Part shown: positions 48,801 to 58,959 of the stretch, in pieces
Layout of the letters: every line of letters begins with the position of its first letter
Position numbering within the stretch: the first letter of the stretch is position 1
Source of the DNA: Proteromonas lacertae
Lineage: Eukaryota
Length of the DNA: 64,000 nt
Assembly (NCBI GenBank): GCA_002245135.1
Contig: NGBS01000871.1
Location: 372,001-436,000 of the forward strand
Reading direction: 5' to 3'
Notes under the pieces: model-generated
Told to the model about the DNA's origin: nothing
The model's input: the letters and a program-made list of their open reading frames with translations, nothing else
The model's database searches: none
Translations under genes and position numbers: made by a program

Positions 48801-51800
48801 CTTTTAAAGTATCAATTGCATATAATATACCTTTCTCATTATCATCATTAATTGGTAATAAAGCTACTGTAGTTAAATAAGGAATATGTTTTAATAAAGT
48901 TCTAGAGGAAAGTAAAGATGGTGGTTCTTGTGTCAATGTTGGATCAACTTGAGAAGCTTTCTTTCCTTTTGCATTTTCATTTTCTGGGATTGGATTTTCT
49001 AATGGTTCTTCGATATATTCATTTCCACCTTTTGATAGATTATTAATCAATTCCATTGATAGTGTAAATAGTGGACAATGTTCAATGAAATTTACAGCAC
49101 TGGTAGTTTGAATTTCATATTTCCACTCAGGTGAGATATTTTTCATCCACTGGATAATTACATCAACTAATGGATATGGTGTAACGGATGCATTTGTAAT
49201 TACTGAAGAATCTTTTCCACCTGCACCTTTTTTCACTTCTTTTTTTGGTGCTTTTGGCTTTTCTTTTTTTGGCTTTGGTTTTTTCGCACCACCTCCTTTT
49301 CCTTGATTTGCTACTATCAAATCATCAATTTCTGTATCTGATTCATAATCTGTTTCAACGTAATCATCAATATTGTATGGAGATATTAAACCATTTCTGA
49401 AGTAGAAATGTGCTTTAGGTGAAAAACAAATGAGATAATTTAACTATAAATTATATATATATATAATTAATATACTGTTTTTATAATTGAAATGTAAATA
49501 TTATAATGTAATGGTGTTAATGGTTCTAGTGGATTCTCTAGTGTAACATTTGATTCAGATTGCTCCATTTCTTTACATTCTTCTCTTTCTATTCCTTCAT
49601 TTACTTTAACTTCTTCATTTAATCCATTATCATCTTTTTTCTCCTCTCCTTCAGTTGATTGTTTTGATTCTTCTACTACTAGTGGTGGTTCTATTTTTGT
49701 TTCTTCACTGTAATTTTGATTATTATTATTATTAATCTCTTCATTTTCTTTATTTATTTCATCTTCAATTGGATATACAGGTAATAATACTTGTAATAAA
49801 ACAGGAATAATATCAGCAGAGATTATAACAGAGGCATTATCTTCATTCTTTATTATTAAATACACAAATCTACAAATTCTACACTTCATATCCAAATCAG
49901 TTTGCTCACTTTCCAGTAAACTTCTTATTAAGTTTACATTTAAATATGGAATTTCCTCACCTTTTAAAATTGTTTGAATTTCTTCATCTGTTGATGGTTT
50001 TACAATTGTATGAATTTTTACTTTTTCTTTTTCACATTCTTCATTTTCTTTACTCTCTTCTCCTTCATTATCTTTCTTTTCTTCTTCTTCTTCTTCTTGT
50101 AATGGCTTTTCTGTTGATTCTACTGTAATATTTTCATTCATTTTACTTTCTTCTTCTATTCCATAACCATCATCATCATCAATCTTTCCTTCTTCATAAC
50201 CATATTCTTCTTCTTTTCTTTCTTCTTTTTCTGCTTCTCTATTCTCATTATTATTCAATAACATTTCTTCTTCTTTTTCATATTTACATAATAAAGTTAA
50301 CAACACTTCAATCTTATTTCTAATCTCAAAATCATTATCTTTCAATTGTCTTAATAATACCTTCAACATTCTCGCATCTTTTGCTATATCTCTTACCCAC
50401 TTTCTTGGCTTGAATAATTCAATTAATCCATCTAAAACTCTATGAAATAATACACTACAATGTTTTGAATTTATATTTTCAATTAAGCGGTTAATTTCAC
50501 GTAATAATCTAAATACTATTTTCTTTAATTTATCATTTTCACTTTCTGGAACTTCTTCTTCTACTTTTCCTTTCTTTTCTTTCTTCTCTACTTTTTCAGA
50601 CTCTTTAGTTTCATTTTCTTTACTTTCTTCTTCATTTGGGTTTGGATTGTTTGAATTATCAACTAATTCATTTGGTAATACAGTACAGAGTGTACTACAA
50701 GTTGTATTAACTGCCCAATAACTCCATTCTAATAGAATATTAAAATTGAATATTTCTTTTGGAATTCCAAGGCTTGCTGCTGATTCAAACTCTTCATCAT
50801 TATTACTCTTTAAATCATCTTTTAGACTTTTCTTTGATGCATTCTTTGATTTTTGTGATTTCAACGTATCTGTGGATTCTTTTTTGTTCATTTTCTTACC
50901 TCCTCCATCTTCTTCTGAATAGATAATATTGCCATTATCATCACGAGGCAAGTCCATAATTGGTATTTGTTCAATAAAAGATAGTCTAGATCGTCTAATT
51001 GCAGCAACATAAATGTCAAACACGTTTGAAATTTGTGGATGAGATTCTTTATACTGGCAAATACCATCCAGTAGATATAATGCAATTCTATTCTCATCAC
51101 TTACTTCTTCTGGATTTGGGTAAAATTTTGATAGGTAATTGGAACACTCAGGATTACTATACATAATCTCAAACACTTTGGGAGTATATTCTAATAATTG
51201 GGTATTTTGAGTATTTTTTTCAGTTGGAGTTAAATAGTATAACGTGTGTAATGCATTACTTCTCACTTCTTGATTTTCATTTCCTAAGTGAGTTGTCAAT
51301 GAATAAACTGGATCTATTATTTGTATAGAATATAATCAATATATATACCACTTTTTATAAATATATTCTCAGTATATTTTGCTCTTTTCTCATCTTCTTC
51401 TGGTGGTAATTTATACACAGACTGCATAACAAATTTAATGCATCTTACAGCAGCAACTTGAACTGCAGGATCTTCATCATTCAAAAAGGCTGAAAACCTT
51501 TCACATCCTTCCCATTTTGTAGTAGATTTCTCACCTTCTGTCATAACTTCTAAAGCTAATTTTAAAGGCTCTGGATGAAGGGATAACAGCTCTGCAAACT
51601 TCAAAATTACTGATTTAATAATTTCTGGTTTCTAATAATATAATACTTTTGGATATACATTATTTGGTCTTAAATTATTCAAAAGAGTAGGTACACTATT
51701 ATCAGTATTGATAAAATCTAGATTGACTTTTTTAATTGCATCGGTTAAAATATCTGGCTTTGTAGATCTCAAGCATTTGCCTAATTCTTTAAGTTGCTCC

Positions 51801-51835
51801 TTAGATGATACCACTGTCTTTGATTTATTAGGCAT
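45828..51835 (-). CDS. Large (~1900 aa) multi-exon protein: ARM/HEAT-like helical N-terminal region with Glu-rich inserts and C-terminal ankyrin repeats
   Basis: Seven consecutive ORF fragments separated by short GT-AG introns. Ankyrin motifs TPLHCAVNLGNEELVKLLIQNHGNV, GCTPLHYALSLGHVPVIKLLLDYGADVN and MSPLMISCLKGYSEVVEVLL. Confidence 0.8.
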
Positions 51836-51934
51836 TATTTAAAGAATTAATAAAAAATAACGATTAGAAACTCCTATATTTTTGAAATTGTATTGGTGTG
51901 TATTTTTCTTTTTCTTTTTTATTCGTCTAAATAT

Positions 51935-52645
51935 ATGGATAATAAGTCTTCAAAAACATTAGAACAGATATATTCTTACAAATTTTTATATTTTTATATT
52001 CCTATTGTATTTTTACAGCTATGACTCATTAGTTTATTGCCTGGATTATAGGCTTTGGATTTAGTATGTACGCACGTGCATGGGAGTTTTATATAATTTT
52101 AACAATTATAGCATTTGTATTGAACAATCTGTTTTTATACTTTAGTTAATATATGCATTAATATACAGAGATTGCTTTCATCCACATTATCAAGTTCCTC
52201 TGTTTGCTTATATGCGAGTATATATTTTTGCATTTTAATTCTACGTTTAGAGTGAAGAAGAAAGTGGATCTATGGTAGATATACTTGACAATACATTTGA
52301 TACTCCTACACCTACACCTAGGCCTGATGAAGCAAATCACAATAAAAGAAATCAATTTAGTGAGAGAACTGACGAACTTGTAGTTAATAAGTCACCATCT
52401 AGCACTACATCAGAAGATTTATATAATGAGATGATTAAAAAGTATATTCACTCTTTCTATACAAATATTAGAAACAGCCATTTAATAGCTACTAAAAGAT
52501 TGAATAATAGAAAGTTTTCTATTCATGGTGAACAATTAAAACGTATTAAAGATATTGCTTTATTGTATGATTAGAAGAATTACAAAGAGATAATCAAGAT
52601 TGCCCTTGTGGATCTGGTTTGAAATACAAAGATTGCTGTAAATAG
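51935..52645 (+). CDS. Small membrane protein with a C-terminal SEC-C (SecA-type zinc-binding) motif; 6 exons
   Basis: Introns 52007-52032, ~52131-52168, ~52218-52250, 52442-52471 and 52543-52574 give MDNKSSK...FIAWIIGFGFSMYARAWEFYIILTIIAFVLNNL...RDNQDCPCGSGLKYKDCCK*. Confidence 0.75.
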
Positions 52646-52832
52646 ATATAGTTTAATCAATTTAACGATTGTTTTTAATTTAAAACATTTTTCTCTTTTT
52701 TAATTAAAAAATACCCAGTTAAAATAATATATTCGTTTTGAAAACCAACGAGGCTTAAATTGTATTTAGACACGAACAATGTTGAAACACATGAAACGAC
52801 TATATTTAAAAAGTGAGTCAACACAACGATAT

Positions 52833-54309
52833 ATGGACAGATATTACTTTTTTCTTCTATTTTTGGTGATAGTTGGTGTGAATTGTGATGGTTCTGGAGT
52901 TTCTTTGACAATTGATATCAGTATGTTTACAGAAGACATAGCCAAAGATGTGTTGCTTTTAGATTATGGTGTAGCTGATAAGGAAATCATCAGATTAGCA
53001 GGAGCTGTAGCAATTCCAGATAACATGACATTTGCTAGTTTTTCATGGTGGACTGATGAAGCAGAAGATTATACAGAAAAATATGAGTTCATAATATCTC
53101 CAGTAGATCCAACACTTCTGATGGGATATTTAGACATTCCAATGAGTGGATATGTTCCAAAACAACAACAAAAGTATAAATATGTTTTTATTGATAATAA
53201 TGAATAGATGGATGTTTAATATGAGATGTTTAAATAAAGTTGGTGAATCTCAAAAAGTAGAAATTGCTTTACAGTTGAGATTATGGACTCATGATGGAGT
53301 AAGAGAATATAGTGGAGTAAATGTGAAACCATCCAAAATATGTAATCATATTGATTATCCTGCTTGTACAATATATCCCAAAACAAAATTAAGTACAAGA
53401 AAAACCTTGACAATAACCACAATCGATATGTTTGGTGAAACAAATGAAGCCAATGATATTGAAAGAATCAAAGATGTATATTATTCATTACAAGATACAA
53501 ATACAATAATCTCAATTCAAAATGCTCCAAAACATCTACAAGAATTATTTATTCTAAACACATTTAATAGTTATAAATATCACATTGCAATGCCAAGAAG
53601 TGATGAAAACTCAAAAGATGATAATGGCTTATTAATATTAAGTAAATATCCAATAACAATTTGTAATTATATAAATCTGGGAGTAGATGAAGAATATAAT
53701 CGAATTTATGGAGCAGTGATAAGTGGAATAGATATAGGAAGTAATCGAATAGTATTTTTAATCAACAGTATATTGCCAAATGATGAAAGTAGTTATATAG
53801 CTAGTTTAAATGATTATTTAATAAAGATTGAAAATGAAGTGAGTAAAACAATAAAAGAATTTAAAAAGAATAATGAAGAATATAATATAATGACAATCTA
53901 CAGTGGAGATTTAGGTCAAGACAGTGGAACAATGGATGAACAAACTGATGCTTATTTAAGTTTATTAGAATTATTAAAAGCAAATGATTTATACAATACA
54001 AGTGGTGATAATCGATTAATAACTGATCATTTAAAACATATTCGAAGTGAATTTTTATTGAGAAGTAATAATGAAGAATTCTTTAATAATGAAATTCAAA
54101 TTCGAAGTATTTCAACATTGAATATAAGTAGTTCAATTAGTGTAGACTATAATGAAGAAGAATTTTTATTAGCAACTCCAAACAGTGGTTTAAGTGTGAC
54201 TTTTGAATTTTGGCCAATTGGAACTAATAATGATGAAAGTAATATTTATATGGAATTTGGATTGAAGAATATGATATTGTTATTGTTGATGGTGTTATTG
54301 TATTTATAA
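52833..54309 (+). CDS. Secreted, probably GPI-anchored protein: WIF-like domain + degenerate endonuclease/exonuclease/phosphatase (sphingomyelinase-like) domain; intron 53174-53207
   Basis: Signal peptide MDRYYFFLLFLVIVGVNC; WIF-like VSLTID...AIPDNMTFASFSW...KYEF...LDIPMSGYVP...MRCLNK...SKIC; EEP-like DNGLLILSKYPI and IYSGDLG; hydrophobic C-terminus MILLLLMVLLYL*. Confidence 0.75.
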
Positions 54310-54650
54310 GATTAATTATAAAGTAAATGATTATATTGCACATTGTTTGTTTGTATATATTCTTCGATATTCTCTAATAACTACTTCAAATATAAACAAT
54401 TTGTAAAAGATTTGCACAGTTTGTATCATTTATTGTAAATATTTGTATACACATATTATTTGATTTAATTATTCATTTTGTATAACTATACAATGAATTG
54501 TTCTTAACAATTTGAATAATGAAAGAAAAAATAGTATTACCACAATATCAGTTATTTATCTTCTTACACCATCCTAACTCAAGTATAACTATAAAAGTGT
54601 TTATGCCATAATTAATTAAATAAATACACACACAAATATATATATAGTAT

Positions 54651-55353
54651 TTAATTAGTTTTAGTACAACTATAATGACTTATCTTACCATTTGGTTGTC
54701 TACTAAAAATCACATCTCTACCAATAGATTTACCACATATTGAACACTTAGTATTTTCATCAATCAAAAATGATGATCTTTTCTTCGAATTCAATAATAA
54801 TGAATATCTCAAATACTCCATTCTTTCTAATTGCAACACAATTTTACCTGTTCTTAACTGATGAATATGATGAGGTATAATTTTTATAAGGTAATTCAAA
54901 ATATCATTCGTTTCGTAATATTCAGGTAATGTAGAAAGCAAATAAATTGGATCAATTATAGTGAAATATTTATTAATAATATTGATGACTTCATCTTTAT
55001 TTTCTTTAGTATTTGATTCATATAGTATAGAGAGAAATATATTAAACGGTTCAGAATCATTTATATCACTAATACAATAAGTTTCGGCGAGTTTAAAATC
55101 GTGTAAGACATTGATATCATATTCTAAGGCTTTTTTATGTTCATGATGCTAATATAATATATATATATATATACTTTATAGTGTATCAATCCAATTTCAT
55201 AATACAATTTATGATTTTTCAATTGTTCAATTAAATGATTTGAATTATAACAATTACAAACATGTATGAAATTGATTAATTTACTTCTAATTGTACCAAC
55301 TTCACCACTTTCTTTACCAGGAATAAGATTATGATTATCTATTGAAATAATAA

Positions 55354-55401
<48 letters not shown>

Positions 55402-57619
55402 CATAATTCTATATTATTCTTTTGAGCAGATTCTGTTAATTGTTTTGCATAAATATCACCTAATTCATTGGATAGTACTTCATCACTGTATCTTTGTTGG
55501 ACTAATAAATACTCCAAATACTTATATAATATATCATTCTTTATAAATTCATTCAAAATGTTGTTTATTATTGATAATATTGTGTTGATATATGTATCTG
55601 AGAGTGGAATATCTGGATTTGTATATATCTAAATAATAATAATAATAATAATATATACTGATAATGTTTCATTTGGATTTTTTTCCAATACCCAAGGGCT
55701 ATAATCAATAATTAACTTGGTATTTTTACAATTCTTTAAATAAGTAATTGTATCATTTATTCCATTATAGTCTTTTTGAATATACTCTCCTGTACCAAGT
55801 TTTTTCCATATATTTAATGCATCTTCACTTTTACCAATTGTACAGTAATAATGGCCTAACTCATTATAACACTATTAAATTAAAATTATTAAAAGTTAAT
55901 ATATATATATATATATATACTTGATTATCCAACAAGTATTCAATCACATCATTCGGTTGGCAATACAATTTCTTTGATAATAACGAATAAAGTTGTTTAG
56001 GATATATCATATGAGTGACTTTAACATATACCAAATCAATAATTGGAGCTAAATCAACTATCTTTATATACTTTTCTCTATTTTGTTCAATCATATTATG
56101 AAACCCAATATAACTATCATTTAATATTTCTTTTATTTTTGGATGATTTGGTGGATATGAATCTATAGATTGTCCTGTTCTTTGTGCACATTTTGTTCTT
56201 GCTATTGTGATTATATCATTCGTTTTTCCTGGAACTAATTCTTTCTTTATATGAATAGGATTATAATCGTATAATTTGTTGTATAAATTAGGATAATAAT
56301 ATAATATTTCTTTTGGATCTATACTGGATTGTGTAAAGTGATTAAATGCTTCTTTTATATTCACTGAATAGAATAATGATAAACCTGCATTCATGTGAAA
56401 TTGAGGTAATTTTGTTGGCTAAATATATTAAAAATAAATAAAATAAATGTGAAAAATATACTGCATCTGCTGGTGTTAATACCAATTGTAATAATTCATA
56501 AGCTTCACTGATATTTCCTCTTCTTAATAACATTTCAATTTGAGCATCAACTGGTAATGGTTGGAATATCATAATTCCGCCACCTGGAGCTGAGAGAAGT
56601 ATATATTTCCTATTTGAATTCTTTATATCACTATATGTCATAATTCCATCACTTAATATACAATCTGTAGGTACAGTAAACTATAAAATGAATAAATAAT
56701 ATTTTATACAGTTTGTACCAATGTTTGATCAACAGCTGAATGTAATATAACAGAAGTTGAACATAAACTGAAAATATAGGGGTTACAATAACTCATTTGT
56801 AACGGATAGTCTCTATTAAATACAATAGTGTTCTTTGGAGCAGGAAATCCTTCATTATTCATATATACACATGTACTAGAGCTAATGCTAAATATAGTCT
56901 CATCTTCACTAATAGTTTTTACACACAATGGTTGTTTACTATCTAAATAAGCGTCAATCATTTGAGGTTTGCTTTGCATCATTGTATTGATCATCCAATA
57001 ATTGTGTTTGTTTATATAAAACAATGTATTTCCTGACCATACTATTTGATTGGGTGATGTTATTGTATCTGCTATACTATGCTCTTGTGTCTGTTGGAAT
57101 AAGTTTCTTGTATAATCTAATAATACTAACTTCTTTTTTATTGCTAAACAAAGTCTTGGAGTTGGTGAATCTTTCATATTATAAGCAAAAGCGGTTACAT
57201 TCTTATATTTTAATCCCAAAAATGTTTCTCTGTTTGTCTCCATACTCCATGTTTGAGGAACACCATCACATATTGTCAAATAAGAGTTTACTGCAGTCAT
57301 TACACAAATATGAGAGACTGGTTTCTTTGAAGATATTGAAAATATAACTGGCTCTTTACTAGTATATTTTGCCTAAACTAATGAATAATAAACTTATACT
57401 GATTCACTAAATGTAGGTGGAACACTCTGTATAATTCTAAAAATGCATAAATGACCTTTTTCACATCCAACATAAACATCAAATGTCATATCATCAACAG
57501 CTATTGAGAATATAGTGTGATTAAGTAATACCATTATAAGCAAAGCATGTAATTCTACCAGGAATTGATTTATAATCAATAAGCTGTTCTAATTTAAACG
57601 CTTCTCGAGTGCTTTCCAT
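54651..57619 (-). CDS. Vps39/TGFBRAP1 (Vam6/Vps3)-family HOPS/CORVET subunit: CNH domain, helical repeats, C-terminal zinc-finger-like domain; multi-exon
   Basis: N-terminus MESTREAFKLEQLIDYKSIPGRITCFAYN; LCLAIKKKLVLL; PLPVDAQIEMLL; FTQSSIDPKEILYYYP; C-terminal IDENTKCSICGKSIG...SRQPNGKISHYSC. Vps39 and TGFBRAP1 cannot be told apart by eye. Confidence 0.85.
55356..55398. repeat. (TA)n microsatellite inside a 64-nt intron (55339-55402, minus strand)
   Basis: Direct inspection. A similar run lies at ~21908-21942 inside a plus-strand intron. Confidence 0.9.
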
Positions 57620-57697
57620 AGATTTTGAGAAAGATCGGATAACTGAACATCAAAAAGCTTTGAATTATCATCATTTTTTCAAAGTTATATTTTTCAT

Positions 57698-58843
57698 ATG
57701 ACTCAAGGAATGTTATTTGCTATGCCTCTCATAGTTATCAATATGGGAGGTGAAATGACCTATATTTTGGAACAACGTCTTCGAGCACAAAAGATATCAC
57801 CAGATAAGAGCACAAAAGGTATATTGTTGATATAATAATCACATGTAGTTCTTGCTGATGTTGTAAAAGCAATGTACAATGAAAAATTCATGAACGAATT
57901 GTTTAAACCACAAACTGTTTATTCCAATCACAGTACAAGACAAATATTCAGTAGATTAGCTCATTCATCAATAATGCGTTTAAATACTGCAAGTATGGAA
58001 AAATTGTACGATTTAATGACAATGGGTTTTAAATATCAGTTATTAACAATCCCTCATCCACGACATTTATTAGATGTGACAATCAACCACATGAACACCA
58101 TAATGAACATCATAAAAGGTGAAGCAAAAATCGTATCAGTGGTAGAAGCAAGCAAACAAAGATTCATCAAGTTGTACAATGATTTCACAGATGGAGATTT
58201 TTATATGTTAAAGCATGTATTATGCAGATTCTTCCAAGGAAGAAGAGTTAAAGTATCTCTATTCTTACAAGATCATATCCAAAATCTTGACGGTTCTATC
58301 ATATTAGACGCAAGTGGACAATTACCAAAAGGTACTGATGTTCCTGGAACAATTCGTCATTTTACTGCTGATGGTAAATCCAATGGAACTTCAACAATTC
58401 AAATTATCGATTCTGAAAAAGTTCAACCCTATAAGAACTTAACTACCACATTAGGAGGTAATTTATATTCTAAAGAAAGAAAACCAGCAGCAGCTGATAA
58501 ATCTAAAGGAGAAATGAAATTGAAAAAACCAACTGAACCTGTTGAAGAACCAACCATTATATCTGAATCAGGTAAAGCTGAAATGAATTTATTGGCTGAT
58601 CTGATTGGTACAAAAGATGCAGCTGGTGATAAAGTGCATATCGACTTATTCGCAGCTAAAGATCCCTATGGAACAAAAGGTGGAACTGATAGAACAGCTG
58701 ATATTATCTTAATTGATACAGCTGAAGGTAAAAAAGCTGCTTGTAAGGAGTTAGAAAAGTTATATGGTATGAATATCGAAGAAACTTACGATGAGAAGGT
58801 TGATGATGATGATTTATTGGCTTTGATGGATTCTGCGAAGTAA
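57698..58843 (+). CDS. OSCP1: OSCP1 (organic solute carrier partner 1) homologue; intron 57819-57848
   Basis: Spliced MPLIVINMGGEMTYILEQRLRAQKI...KFMNELFKPQ...LAHSSIMRLNTASMEKLYDLMTMGFKYQ, RVKVSLFLQDHIQNLDG, LGGNLY and C-terminal DDDLLALMD match OSCP1 family motifs. Confidence 0.92.
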
Positions 58844-58959
58844 AATATGTATAACTAATAAGATTATGCTTTTATTCATTTTACAGAAGATTTTTTGTTT
58901 GTTTTTACATAAAATGATGTAAAAAGTACCATTTTTATGTAATTACGTTTTTATTCAAA

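Noticed and set aside
52779..52832. Upstream ATGs extending the WIF-EEP ORF (MLKHMKRL...)
   Set aside because: ATG 52833 places the hydrophobic signal peptide at the N-terminus. The extension is probably UTR or promoter, though this is not proven.
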